NCBI RefSeq assembly: GCF_006345805.1
Contig: NC_043005.1
Location: 27,218,001-27,282,000, forward strand
Source of the DNA: Octopus sinensis
Taxonomy: Eukaryota
Length of the DNA: 64,000 nt
Direction of reading: 5' to 3'
Below the pieces are notes generated by a model. The model did not search any database, was not told where the DNA came from, and was given only the letters and a program-made list of their open reading frames with translations. A program made the translations under genes and the position numbers. This document shows, piece after piece, positions 10,160-24,452 of this stretch; within the stretch, counting starts at the first letter, position 1, and each line of letters opens with the position of its first letter.

Positions 10160-10490
10160 TTCCTTTCAGCACGTAAAAAGCACCATCCGAACGTGGCCGA
10201 TTGCAGCGCCGCCTTGACTGGCTTCTGTGCCGGTGGCGCGTAAAAAGCACCAACCGATCGTGGCCGCTGCCAGCCCACCTGGCACCTGTGCCAGCGGCAC
10301 GAAAAAAGCATCCACTACACTCACAGAGTGGTTGGCGTTAGGAAGGGCATCCACCTGTAGAAACACTGCCAGATCGGACTGGAGCCTGATGCAGCCTCCT
10401 GGCTTCCCAGACCCCGGTCAAACTGTCCAACCCGTGCTAGCACGGAAAACGGACGTTAAACGATGATGATGATGATGATGATGATGATTC
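10160..10490 (+). mobile_element. SINE-like retroposon with RTE-type tail ending in (GAT)n
   Basis: GGTTGGCGTTAGGAAGGGCATCC core; 3' AACCCGTGCTAGCACGGAAAACGGACGTTAAACGATGATG. Confidence 0.65.
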
Positions 10491-10773
10491 TCCCTCTTTG
10501 TTTCTCTCTCCTTTCTCTCTCACTTTCCCACTCTCTTACTTTTCTTTTCTCTCGGACTCTCCCTCGCTTTCTCTTACTGTCTATCTTTATCTCTCTCCCA
10601 TTTATAAACAACAAAAGATCTTGAGTAAGTTGAGAAATAAAATATTAAGAAAGATCAATCATAAATATCAGGCAGTAACAACGGAAAAGTCTGCTTCAAG
10701 GCAGACAGCAAAACACTAACATTTAAAAGTGACAGACGAACTTGCGAGCTGAATAAAAATAATAAAATATTGG

Positions 10774-11056
10774 AAACCAAAGTTTGAAGGGATAGAATCT
10801 GAGGATAGTAGAGTCACCATGGCTGGCATTTCTTAACGACGGACAGCAACGTATTGACAGTTTAACGGCTGGCGTAAAATTTTGAACTTGATGTAAAAGA
10901 AAATTCCTAAAGACCAAGTTTTGAAGTGATTCTTTCTCACGACAGTAGACTCACCATGGCAAGCATTCAAAACTTCTTCACCATGGACGGCAACACATTG
11001 ACGATTAAAAGGCTGGCGCAAATCTTTTAGCTTGATGTAAAAGAGAATTCCTAAAC
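10774..11056 (+). repeat. Diverged tandem duplication, about 140-bp unit
   Basis: Two units share AGTAGA.TCACCATGG and GGCTGGCG.AAAT.TT..A.CTTGATGTAAAAGA.AATTCCTAAA. Confidence 0.75.
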
Positions 11057-11367
11057 ACCCGCTCCTTTAAATTTTAATCCCCTTCCAGCCCCATTTAGAC
11101 ACCTTTTCACATTTTGGTTAATATAACCCGGTTTCATTCGGGTCTACTGGGGCCACATTTATAAGATGAGGAATTTTGTCCTAGTGAGGTCACGCCTTTC
11201 ATTGAGGAAAAAAATAGTTGTCATGCAACTTGCCAGCACTTTTAACATAGGTGTGCATATTTTCAGCTCAACCGACCACATAATGCACACATTATATATA
11301 TATATATATGTATATATATGTGTGTGTGTGTGTGTGTACGCATTATATATACAAATATATACAAATT

Positions 11368-11399
<32 letters not shown>

Positions 11400-11675
11400 G
11401 TATAAATTAAATTAGAGATAAAACCACTAATAGGCAAATCAAACAGTGAAAAAGAAAAAAAGAAAAACATAAAAAAATAAAAATATAATATGCAAAATAT
11501 ATAAAATATAAATTGAAAAATTTAAATTATTTAAATTTAAATAAAAATTATTAATTATATTTATAATTTTAAAAAAATATATATAACTATCAAAAAGTAT
11601 TAAAAAGTTTAATATACATAAATACAGAGATATACACTTTGTATATATACATTATATATACATATTTATATATAG

Positions 11676-11708
<33 letters not shown>

Positions 11709-12061
11709 CACACACACAACACCACACATATACCCAATAAATATTGATTCATTATATTTGTTCTCATGATTGAGTTGTGGTGGTGGTGGCGATGATAATT
11801 CTCTCTATGAATGCAGACAGACGTAGAGAGAGAGTGTGTGAAAGCGCTGTGGAAGGCGTATAATTAAAAAAAATATATATATAACTATCAAAAAGTATTA
11901 AAAAGTTTAATAGACATAATACAGATATATACACTTTGTATATATACATTATATATACATATATAATTTATATATAGAACACACACACCACACACAGATA
12001 AATGAACCAATAAATATCTGATTCATAATATTTGTTCTCATGATTGAGTTGTGGCGATGAT

Positions 12062-12161
12062 NNNNNNNNNNNNNNNNNNNNNNNNNNNNNNNNNNNNNNN
12101 NNNNNNNNNNNNNNNNNNNNNNNNNNNNNNNNNNNNNNNNNNNNNNNNNNNNNNNNNNNNN
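12062..12161. other. Assembly gap (100 N)
   Basis: Run of 100 N. Confidence 1.
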
Positions 12162-12626
12162 ACAGCTTGAACGGAAGTGTTGCGATAACGAATATATACA
12201 TATGCGCATAATGGGCATGTGTGTGTGTGCGGCGCGTGCGCGCGCGCGCGTGTGTGTATGTAGTGTGCGCGCGCGTGTGTGTGTGGTGTGTGTGTGTGTG
12301 TACATACATACATACACATGTATGTATAGCGATCTATGCGCTTGTGCGTGTGTAGGTATGAAATCCATAGGAGCTGATTTACTGAACATTAAACTGCTAT
12401 TTCTAGCAAATCGATTGACCGCGTAAGCGCTATCAAGTAGTCACATACACACGCATAATCATGTGTGTGTGTGTGTATGCTTTATGTTGGTATGTGTTCG
12501 TGGGTGTATATTTGCGAGTATATATGAAATTTAAGTAAATGGTAGAACCAAATTGCCTGTTTCTATAAATAATGTTTAAATTTTGCACACATGTTGTACA
12601 TTCATGCAAACACGTGCGCATATGTG

Positions 12627-12668
<42 letters not shown>

Positions 12669-12692
12669 ATATATATATATATATATATATAT

Positions 12693-12726
<34 letters not shown>

Positions 12727-13032
12727 GTGCGCATATGTGTATGTGTATATATATGCGTGTGTGTATGTATATATATATAGATATACACATACTTACATAC
12801 ATGCATACAAACATATATACATGGGTGCCACCGATGTATGAAATTCCCAGTCTTATCGTTAATGGCACGAAACTGGGTATTAATATTTTCTGTCAATAAC
12901 TGACGAAGAATTAGGGTCATTGTGTCCTACATATATGTTTTGTAGCATTTAATGTATTTTTCATGTATGGAATAACTGATCGCCACGCATCCCGACTTTT
13001 GCCAACAGCAAGTTTGTATGTATAACACACAC

Positions 13033-13079
<47 letters not shown>

Positions 13080-13121
13080 GCATGTTTGTATGTATGTTGT
13101 ATCTATTTCTCTCTCTCTCTC

Positions 13122-13199
<78 letters not shown>

Positions 13200-15009
13200 G
13201 CATACTCATACACATATTTGTATGTGTGTTTGTATGTATGCACATATACATATATCTATACGTATATAGTCAACAGATGAGATACAGAGATTCTAGCTAT
13301 AGAGAACATTTAGTAGCGCTTAAATAATTCGAACTTAGAGTCCGATGTCTTTATGAGGGACCCATTCCACGAAGTAAAATGTGGCTATAAGAATATTACT
13401 GGTGAGCAGACATGGAGACAATTATGCGGATAAGCAAATTAGATATAATAGCTTGAATGTCAATGTACAACTACGCCAGCTTAATTTAATTCGTCCTTGG
13501 TCGAAAAACACCTGTTGTTAATGACCTGTTGTTTGCATTTGTATTTGTGTACTACTTCTCCATTTTTTCCGTCCTTGCTTTCGTATAAATTCGCTGCTTT
13601 CTTCCAAGGAATCTAATGCTCTTAGCTTAGATTTTCCTTGGGGCTGGCCAGATTGGAGCAGTCTTGAGTATAACCAGCCGAAACTGCAAAGACGATCTGG
13701 AATCTCGACTGACGAAAGTAAACTCCGAATGCCCCGTAATTGCTTTTCTTGTCCCTTTTTATATCATTTAACTGTCTAGATGTTTTGTTGTCGCCTGTTG
13801 CGTTCTTGTCACATTTTTTTTATTCTTATATATATATATATCATTTGCGTGTGGTGTCGTCTGAGACTGGTCATGCAACAAATGCTTAATGGTTGAGCTG
13901 ATTCTCTTTGAAATTATTTAACTAAGAGAACGCATTTAGTTACATAATATGGCCATGATTTTAGACCGTTACACTGACCAAAACAGATCAGCTGCTTTAT
14001 CAGGGTACTCGCCAATTTCGAGAGAATAATTGACACTCACTACTGGAGCAGTGTACTCCGTACATTAAAAGTCTACGTCTCGCGCACACATTGAACATAC
14101 ACGCATATACATAAACACACACACACACAATGAAAGACAGCGAAAATTCAACATTGTAAAAAGTTCTAAAAACACTAAACATTTGTTGGGAATAGCAAAA
14201 ATATGAAATGTTGCAACATGCAAAGAAACGAAGAGATATGAATTGCACTTATCTAATGATGAAAGAAAATTTGAAAGAATCTGAAAGAAAATTATTTATA
14301 CAAAATGATTTATGCATAAACACAGTGTGTGTTTATATTTATGTGTGTATGTTTCAGTCATTTGGACAAATATTTCGAAAACCCTAAAGAGATCTTACGC
14401 AAGTAATAGTGCATGTGTGAGTGAGTGTGTGTGCGTGAATTGTAAATCAGTTTCAACAAAACGGAATATAATTTAGTAAATCAATGGAAGATTAATTAGC
14501 TACATTCTATTTCTGATTTCAGAATTTTTTTTTGTTCAATACAGAGGATGGTTAATGATAATAATTTCAAAACTTACGAAAGAGTTGAATGGATATTCCA
14601 AAGTCACAGCAGCATTTGAGCTGACTAATTAAGAATTATGGGATTGTTGATATGTTTTGGTCAGAAGTTTTACGGGTCAAAAACTTAAACCCATTCAACA
14701 TGTAGCCTGTCGCGTAAGCGACATCAATTACAAAGAACTATTGATAAAAAGGAAAGTGAGCCAAACTGTATGTAACATGCGTTTTTCTCAACCCATGGCT
14801 TGTGGAAGCAAAATGGGGACACAGCGAAGTATCGAATCTGGACGGGATTCGTTTGAAACAAAGAAAATATTTTAGCTCAGATTCCAATGATTTGGACAAT
14901 ATTTCAATGAGGTTATAAATACATTACGTTCTTAACTTTATTTTTGAGTTATTTGAGAATCAACGTCGGCATGCAGTGCATAACTAGCATGTTTCGACTG
15001 CACGCCACT

Positions 15010-15042
<33 letters not shown>

Positions 15043-15043
<1 letters not shown>

Positions 15044-15315
15044 CTAATATATAAACCGGAAGTTGTCTGTGTATGCAGGTTTGGTATCCTTCAACTTCCC
15101 TACCGAGACCCTGCGTCGGAAAGGTTGACCAAAAACTGAGAGGATGATAGAAAGAAATCATGTATATTCCTTCCGTACAAGATAAAAATTCAAATCGGAC
15201 CATGTTAACCCAAAATTATTTACACAAAAAAAGCTATTCAACAGAAAATGTCACTTAAGCACATAATGCAGGAAGCGAAAACAAACGCAAGAGACAACGC
15301 CGGGCGATACTCTAG
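15043..15315 (+). mobile_element. Short non-autonomous Helitron
   Basis: A|TCTAATATATAAA start; 3' CAACGCCGGGCGATACTCTAG, similar to the end at 10076. Confidence 0.7.
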
Positions 15316-15318
15316 ATA

Positions 15319-15359
<41 letters not shown>

Positions 15360-16108
15360 AGTAATGGAAAGCCAGATGTTATAAATATATTTATATCACA
15401 TATCATTACATATGGATCTTTCCTTGAACTTGTCATTTATATATATATTTTTAATTTAGATTTAAATTTATTTTGAGTGATGACAACAAAAAAATGAATG
15501 AGACCTCGATATTATGTAAATAGAGGAATTTATCTGTAATATATGTGACAATTATTCGGTTCCACAAGCCCTTTAACATCAGGTGGAAATTGTTAGAAAC
15601 TTGTGGACCCTATCGCAATGGAAGAAGAAAAATATATTTTTATATATTTTTCTGTATGGCAGAAAAATATATAATCTTTATGAAATCACATGAGCTAGGA
15701 CGGTAGCCATGGGGAATTGGCCACATTTTTGGAAATTTTTACTTCAAAATTGGAAAAACCTAGCTATCAAGCGAAGGAAGACAACTCGCCCGGCCATAAT
15801 TTTTTAAGAGGAATATTTTTTGAACTATCACCGGCGTTCCTGTGTTTTAAAAAAGACATTGTTTGCAGAGAACAGTTATCGTTTAGAAAAACTGAAGATT
15901 TGTCTAGTTCACGCTAGATATGAAACCAATGTTTTTTCCTAAACTGTTACTTTACACATACAAATATATATATATACATACATACAACAAACACACACAC
16001 ACACATATATATCTAGATATATTATATATATATATTATCTATATATATATATGTAATATATATATACATTACATACATACATACATACTATATGGATATC
16101 TATATATT

Positions 16109-16142
<34 letters not shown>

Positions 16143-16199
16143 ATATATATATTGTTTATATATATATACATACATACATATATATATGTATATATATAG

Positions 16200-16236
<37 letters not shown>

Positions 16237-16292
16237 ATATATGTGTGTGTGTGTGGACCGTTGAAGTCCACAAGTTTTTGTCATTCTCTCTT

Positions 16293-16330
16293 TCCTTCTG
16301 TTGAAGAGCGTAGGCTCGAAACGTAAAATA
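16293..16330 (+). ncRNA. Copy of CUGUUGA hammerhead-like motif, helix I decayed
   Basis: CTGTTGAAGAGCGTAGGCTCGAAACGTA within the same repeat as 7600-7780. Confidence 0.5.
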
Positions 16331-16419
16331 CTTTTTGATTTTCCCCGAACGTCAAACTAATACACTTGCTTGTTGTTCATTCATCTGTCTTCGTCTTTTG
16401 TTTAGCTATAAATTTCAAC

Positions 16420-16457
<38 letters not shown>

Positions 16458-17439
16458 ATATATATATGCATGCATACATACATATATACATAGTAATACG
16501 TATATGTGCGTGTGTATGTGTATGCTTTCACTTTGTATTTATTGGTATTCTTCCCAGAAGGCGGGAGCTGGTATTTCGATGACAACAGCGATAATTGTCA
16601 CATATCGAACTTTACTGTTCTACTTACAGATTGTATCTGTGAAGTTCTTGTCTGACGATCTTTCATTTTTTTTTATTTGAAAATCATAGTTTTTCCAGAC
16701 ATTTACTAAGATAAATAAGTGCACGAATGATTATTGATATAACGATTATTGGGATATGTATGAATCGATATTTGTTTGTATGTATGTATATATGTATTAT
16801 GTATGTATGTATGTATGTATGTATGTATATGTATGTATGTATGTATGTAGCATGCATGCATGTATGTATGTATTTGTATGTATGTATGTATGTATGTAAT
16901 GTATGTATGTATATGTATGTATGCATGCATGCATAAGGCAGGCCTTAGAAGTCATCAGAGAGAAGTTACACACGCTGTGAGTTTATTATTTATGCATTAA
17001 GCGGTAAGGAAAGTGGACAAAATGTGCATTAGGAGGCAGATTGAAACGTCAAATAAAGGGTCGCTAAAAGTATACTGCTACATCTACTGCAAGAGGTGCC
17101 CATCGTGGCCATATCCATGTAAAGGAGAGTACGTCCTTAGCATGACTGAAAAGCCACCTCAACGCTGCTCTTGTTGAAGAGAACAATGAAGCGATGTCAT
17201 TACTCCAAATCGTGTTGCAGCCACATGTGCTGTATATTTACTAGGAGATTTATATAAATTCTTATTCATGGAGTTTGCGCTAACAAAGATATAAGACTTA
17301 TTGAGTTAAGACACTTCCCGGGATTTGTAAATATGAAGTTGAGTTTGTGTGGGTATATATGTATGTGTATAAACCTGCATTTATTTTCTCTGTGAATATG
17401 TCTCTGTAATCTTTAATATATATGTTATATTTCTCTTTT

Positions 17440-18560
17440 TAATCGAAGATAAAGTTTGATCGGCCATCTGCTTGGTAGCAAGATTGTGAAGAGAAGATCC
17501 TTGTTTTGTTCATCAACCTTTGAATCTTAAGAAGGTCTTGCAGATTTTTATTGTCTCAGATATCGTGATCAACCGTAGAGTATAAATTTAGGATTTGCAT
17601 TCTCTCCCTAAGATCCTATGGTCTGCCGAATTTTGCTCCAAGCGGTTTGGTATGTTATCTGCTGCTGCAATAATAATAGGTATGACACTAAAACTGTATC
17701 TTGTGTGCTGGATTTGCGAACTCCTTATCAATGGTCCATAGATGTCCACTTTCTGTTGTATCTTTCTAATCACATTAGTGTCCAGAGAGCAGCTGATTTC
17801 TGCAACAGAATGTATCTTTTCCTTGTGATTCCACTCAACAATTGAGTTATGTTTAAACTTGGTGGCTGTTTTAATTTTTAAGTTCCATCAATATTCTTTT
17901 GACTCATCAGTCTCAATACGATCAACTTTGTCTGTAGGTGTTTTCTTTTCTGTTATCCTGTTCCAGACTGTTCTGTCTATCACATCACGCCGCACAGGAA
18001 AATAATCTCTGAAAGACATTCTCTTACAGTTGGTAATAATGTGGCTGATGTCTTCAATCTTGGTCCTGCACAACCTACATTTGTTGTCTGTCAATGTTTT
18101 CTGCTTTTTATGCTTTAGGTACTTGATGGAGATCTCTTGTTCTTGGATTGCATGGAGGTAGCCTTCAGTATGGAATGTCAGAAACTTGTTGGTGTTCCAT
18201 GCCAAGCTTTTCATATAATCAGTCCCTCCCACGGTTTGTGTTTTATGTGCCAAGTACCCAGTACTATCTTCTCAGTAAACTCATCCATCTTTTTTTTTAT
18301 TCTGTTCTGATAAACAGATTTTACCAATGCTCCTAGGGGAATGATTTGTATCAGTTCTTATTTCATACCTCTCCTCAAGTTCATTAGCTATCTTAATTAT
18401 GTTGTTGATTTCATGGTCACAAACTGGGGCAAGATGGTTACTGGTCTCTTTACTCTGCTGCAGATATTGTTTCAGTATCACAATACGTGTTTCATATGAC
18501 ATCAATACAGATTTGAGACATTGACCACCATCTATCTCATTGAGTAAGAGTTTGGCCTTC
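17440..18560 (-). mobile_element. R4/Dong-like non-LTR retrotransposon, 3' part (zinc finger and restriction-like endonuclease)
   Basis: FHTEGYLHAIQEQEI, CRLCRTKIEDISHIITNC (CCHC), then a decayed RLE domain and 3' UTR. Confidence 0.85.
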
Positions 18561-19002
18561 TGAACTGGTCACTGAAAGAGCAGTGACCAGTAGGCGTGAG
18601 GAGACGTGAGGAGAGACACTGCAAAGATATTGTGGCCAATATGCATGCAAGCTTTAATATATAAATGTAAATTTGTATGTGTTGTTTGCCGACTTGTTAT
18701 TGTGTATGACGATATCTTCGCTAAAACTGCAGAGGTTGCATATCACTGCCATGAACTGCAGTGTTAACGAAAACATCTCATCTATTATGTCAAAAGACAC
18801 ACTCCGCATCTAACACACTGACAATATTTTAACGGATTACAAAGCAGCGAGTGGCTGAGCAGAGACAACTCTCACCAACGAGAGAACTATGGAAATTGTT
18901 TCATTGTTACAAACGTGCGTAATACCGCGGCCACCATAACAAACGGTCCACCAACTTTTTGTAGTTCCAGAAAACCCGTGTGTTGAGTTATACAGGAGAC
19001 AA

Positions 19003-19380
19003 GGAGGCGCAATGGCCCAGTGGTTAGGGCAGCGGACTCGCGGTCATAGGATCGCGGTTTCGATTCCCAGACCGGGCGTTGTGAGTGTTTATTGAGCGAA
19101 AACACCTAAAGCTCCACGACACTCCGGCAGGTATGGTGGTGATCCCTGCTGTACTCTTTCACCACAACTTTCTCTCACTCTTACTTCCTGTTTCTGATGT
19201 ACCTGTATTTCAAAGGCGCCTTGTCACTCTCTGTGTCACGCTGAATATCCCCGAGAACTACGTTAAGGGTACACGTGTCTGTGGAGTGCTCAGCCACTTA
19301 CACGTTAATTTCACGAGCAGGCTGTTCCGTTGAACGGATCAACCGGAACCCTCATCGTCGTTACCGACGGAGTGCTTCCA
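19003..19380 (+). mobile_element. tRNA-derived SINE family C, full length with TSD
   Basis: Head GGAGGCGCAATGGCCCAGTGGTTAGG...GGTTTCGATTCCC; flanking direct repeat ACAGGAGACAAG; close copy at 51205-51586 (-). Confidence 0.9.
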
Positions 19381-20666
19381 CAGGAGACAAGAAGATGTTT
19401 CCACAGGAGACAAGATCTAAAAATACCTACACATCAAATTTTGTTTTAGAAACGCTAGTGCAATACAATTGCTGCTTTAAAAATGGGTGAATTCTTTAAA
19501 TTAGCAGCAAACGATAAACAAAAAATAGAGATGACTTTTTGGGGGGGTGGGGGTCACGTGTTTAGACGTCGACTGTTGGACCATACACAGATTGTGCTGA
19601 ATTTCATGGTTATCAGTAGCAGGCTTTAGGTTATCAAATGTTCAGGTCTGACATATATATACTTATATAATCACACACACACACACACACACAAATATAT
19701 TTCTGTATATAAATAGTTATGTAAAAGTCGTAAAACATATTACAAATATATTTTAAATAGTGCAAACATAATCTGATATAAAACCCAATACACTTTGGGT
19801 AGAGCGGATAAAAATGTTTATACATTGAAAATTAACATTCTACTCCGAGTTTCGACTCGGACTTGGTTGTCCGCGGCAGAAACTTTGAGTAGTCTCTCCA
19901 CGTTTAATATAATAGACACACATCTTCAAGTCCTGAGTTCAAAATTCTACCGGTGTCGACTTCGCCTTTCATCCTTTCGGGGTTGACAAATTAAGTACCA
20001 GTCGAATACTGGTGTCGATGTAATCGACATATCCTGAAATTGCTGACCTTATGCTAAAATTTGAAACAGTATAATATAGACACATAATTCATACATACAC
20101 ACACACTCCCACACATAAACATATACGTGTGTGAACAAACGAAAGAAAGTAGCACTCCACGCAGCTCGTTCGAGTTACATATATTTTCTATTCTTGAGTC
20201 GGTTCCGCATGTTTCTAGGGCACGTAGAACATGGCATGGCCATCGAATGTATTCTTACTTCTTTTATTCTTTTACCTGTTTCGGGCATTTGGCAGCTGCC
20301 ATGCTGGAGCATCGCCTTTAGTCGAACAAATCGACCCCAGCATTTATTCTAAATATAAGTTCTACTCACGTGTCAAGTTTAATCAAAATCGATAAAACGA
20401 TGAAGGAGGAGTTAGATAACAAGTGTCACAAACAAACACACCAAACAGATTTCCACATATGTATATGCTATATATATATTATATATATATATATATATAA
20501 TATATATATGTATATATATATGTGAGAGGGTTGAAAAAGAACACGAATTGATCATCATGATAAAATCATTTTAGCATTTTCTACGTTGTCTTGTTTTCCT
20601 TATATATATATAATATAACAAAGTGGAGTTGTAAGGTATATTTATATATACCTTACAACTCCACTT

Positions 20667-20724
<58 letters not shown>

Positions 20725-21128
20725 GATGGGCTTCTTTGAGTTTCCGTCTACCAAATCCACTCACAAGGCTTTGGTCGGCCCGCAGTTATAGGAGAAAACA
20801 CGTGTGCAAGGTGTCACGCAGTGAAACTGAACTCGGAACCGTGTGGTTGGGAAGCAAGCTTTTTACCACACAGCCACGCCTGTTTTATAATTCCGCTTGG
20901 GTATAGCGCTACTAATAGCAAGTTGATAGAACAATATACATATACTTTACAGTAAACCATCAAGTCAGTACAAAGTATGATGTTAATTAATGAATGACAA
21001 AAGTACAGGAGTTACGTAATTACGGTTCTTTATACCAGCTGTTTCTGCTCTAAGTAGGCGGATACCAAATGCTGAGTGTTCTCGCGAAATCTGATATCTT
21101 CCTGTGTATGTATGTGTATTTATCTATG

Positions 21129-21181
<53 letters not shown>

Positions 21182-21213
21182 ATATAGATATAGATATATA
21201 GATAGTATATTAG

Positions 21214-21252
<39 letters not shown>

Positions 21253-21388
21253 TATATTATATATATATATATATATATATTATATATTATACTTACACAT
21301 ATACATATATACACAAATACATATATATATACACATACATAAATATTCCTGCGTGTGTGTGCGCGTGCATATGTGTATGTATGTGCAT

Positions 21389-21430
<42 letters not shown>

Positions 21431-21862
21431 CCTTGCATAGATGCACATACATTCATACATACATTTATACACATGCATTACTACACATACATGTACATCT
21501 AAAACGGTGAAAAATAGAGAGAACTTGTAAGGAAGGAGTGAAAAGACTATCATCTGTGTCTGTGAAATTTCACCCACATAATTTCGTTATAATTTCAACT
21601 CGTCATTGGTGTCTTCTTTGGAAGAAGCTAAAAGGGTTGAAAATAATTCTTAAGCCTGAAGAGTGAAAGTTTCATACATGAATTTGTCAAATTCTTACCG
21701 TGTGTCGAACCAACTTTTATTAGAACCCTTACTCTCTCTCTCTCCTTCTAGCTGAAGAAATACTGTTCTCTTCTACTGGGTGTCTTGCGCTTTGCTCTGT
21801 CAAACAGCAAGACTAAGACCTCATGTATCTAAAGACGTCCACCCCTCAGGCGTTCAAGCATG

Positions 21863-22035
21863 CAGTCCATAGCTAGAGGGGTGGGGACAAAGGGGTGGTC
21901 CACTCCGGGCAACGCTTTTATGAAGGAGGCACATTTGGGTCAGCTGTTTAAGCCTGTACGGGTCTGTATTGGGGTGGTGGGGCGCGGCAGACTCAAAGGC
22001 AGCTCCGGGCGGCACACACAGTGGATAGACCACTG
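21863..22035. mobile_element. Degenerate MITE with CAGT...ACTG termini
   Basis: CAGTCCATAGCTAG at the left and TGGATAGACCACTG at the right; no clear TSD. Confidence 0.4.
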
Positions 22036-22238
22036 TAAATACGTGGTCTGGAAAACCAGCCCAACACGGTTAACTGCTGTTACTTTCAAAACATGATGAA
22101 CCTCCACTGTATCACCATCGGCATTTGTCACATGAAGAATTTTTCCTTAAGCAAGTTTTTCGACATCTTCCTAATTGTATTCTTTCTTATCGATTACAAA
22201 CACCGCATCATTTAAAAATCTTCTAGACTAGAGCATAT

Positions 22239-22287
<49 letters not shown>

Positions 22288-22855
22288 GTGTGTTTGCATG
22301 AAAGCACGTGGCTAAATGGCTAGAGTTATGAAGCTCACTATCATGGGTTCGATTCCTGCACCGGAAGCCACATTGTCTCTTTGAACAAAACATTGGTCAG
22401 TCTACACAGTCTGCTTTAGTATCAACCAGCTTTCAGTCCTTTAAGATTTGCAAACTAAATGTTCCGCTCGATCAAAAATGGAAGAACTGACAGTGGTTCT
22501 TTATTAAACTTTTACCTAGGGACTTGAAACACTCACAGGGTTCCGAGGGCAAGCGGCGACCCACAAAACTAAAGATGTGGGAGTATTTGTAATATCGAAG
22601 TGAAAGCAATGTGTCTTTACTTCCTGTAATAGAAAAACCATGTTTCATTAGAAAACGAAAATATAACAAATCAAATATTAAACTTATTTCACGTGGATTG
22701 TTAATATTTATTGGTCTTTTTCAGATTAGTTAAATGTAAGGAATATGTTTGATGTAAACAATATTTTCTGACATACGCACAGACTTACATATATACACAC
22801 ACGCATATGTGCATATATAACAGTGTGCGCGTGTATGTTTGGATGTATGTACGTT

Positions 22856-22888
<33 letters not shown>

Positions 22889-22960
22889 ATACACATATAT
22901 ATTTATATATACGTATATATATATACATATATATAAATACATATATACATACGTATATAT

Positions 22961-22997
<37 letters not shown>

Positions 22998-23267
22998 CGT
23001 ATATATATATATACATACATATATATACGTATATATATACATATATATATATATTCATACATATATACACTCACACACACACATATATATATGTATATAT
23101 ATATATATATATATATAATATATTATATATATATATATATATATACATATGCACATAGACGTGCGCGCGCACACACAAACAAGTTATTGATATTTCGAAA
23201 CATTCGAAATATCATGATTTGTTTTCTGCTTATTTTGACTATGTACATGCACACACACGCGTGTACA

Positions 23268-23319
<52 letters not shown>

Positions 23320-23576
23320 ACACACACACACGCACAGGCACATATACTTGTGGTGCAGACAGATAAATAAAGAGACAGATAGGCAGATAGATAGATATAG
23401 ATATACACACATACATACACATATACACACAATCATACATACACATATACATACGTACACACTTGCATAATAAACACATATATATAAATATAAATATATA
23501 CATGTCTGTATATACAAATATTAACAGAATGAGATAAAAAAATCCAAGGCTGTGAAAGATTTCAGAACATTTATAA

Positions 23577-23619
23577 AGAGCTGTTTCCGGAATATCGTAT
23601 ATATCCCTTCATCAGAGAC
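23577..23619 (-). ncRNA. Degenerate hammerhead motif
   Basis: Minus strand reads GTCT CTGATGA A GGGATAT atacg ATATTCC G GAAAC AGCT CT; the cleavage-site strand is mutated or truncated. Confidence 0.5.
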
Positions 23620-24406
23620 GGTCTGAGAAAAAGGTTAAGCAGTAGTTAGTATAGAGAAGATATGAAATACAGAGTAAAGTGGAGGAATGAAAACAGACGT
23701 GAGACACGTAAGGATATTGTATCTGCAGTTACATTATTTAAACAGAATGGTATACACATAAGTTTCTTGTACCTTGTGTGTGAGTTACAATGGTATTTAT
23801 AATTGGTCATTCCAAGCATAGAGTTTATGTATATATGTGTTTGTGTTCATGTTTTTATTTACAGTCTAAAAACCGCAGTAGTTTGCGTTGGACTCTTTTT
23901 GTATCACGTCTCCTGGCGCCTTCACGTTTCTATATACGTTCATTATTGCCAAGATAGAACGACACAAGATGTAATATTTTATTTCAGAGAAAATTCTTAA
24001 AGATTCATATACATAAGGCTTTGCTCAGAACGCCGTTAGATCGGCAGACACGATGTTTCAATTTTATTTAATCTCTTCAGAGACTTAATACTCTGGGTGT
24101 TCTATGCCAAACCAAAAACATTTGTTCCAATATAGAAATCGTAAGCAAAGCATTTACAGATTTGTGTCACACAAATCCGTAGAGAAGTTTCTCTCTGACG
24201 AAATATAGTTATTGCCATTCCATATTTGTATATACAATATATATGTTATACACACCGTTTATTTTTTTTTTTTATCTAAGACTGTTTCTAATGCATATAT
24301 TAATTTAATTCTAGTCTGTTTAGCTTTCGCAAAATATCAGTTATAAATTTTTTGATTTCCATATCGGAACCAGCGTTTTCAGCTTAGCTCAGAAGGACCG
24401 ATGTAT

Positions 24407-24452
24407 TTGTCACTGAGGAGATCAAATAAAATCGAAACACTGTGTTTGACGA
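24407..24452 (+). ncRNA. Minimal type I hammerhead ribozyme, intact core
   Basis: TTGTCA CTGAGGA GAT caaataaa ATC GAAAC ACTGTG TT|TGACGA: helix I 6 bp, helix II 3 bp, near-palindromic helix III ACAC-T-GTGT. A decayed inverted copy lies at about 24040-24085. Confidence 0.7.

Noticed and set aside
19003-19078. tRNA-like sequence as a tRNA gene (also about 922-996 and 22300-22370)
   Set aside because: Continues into a SINE body or lacks a complete cloverleaf; treated as SINE heads.
22725-22735. 11-nt plus-strand microexon-like motif (also a 13-nt minus-strand one at 33518-33530)
   Set aside because: Frame-shifting lengths in T-rich context; expected by chance.
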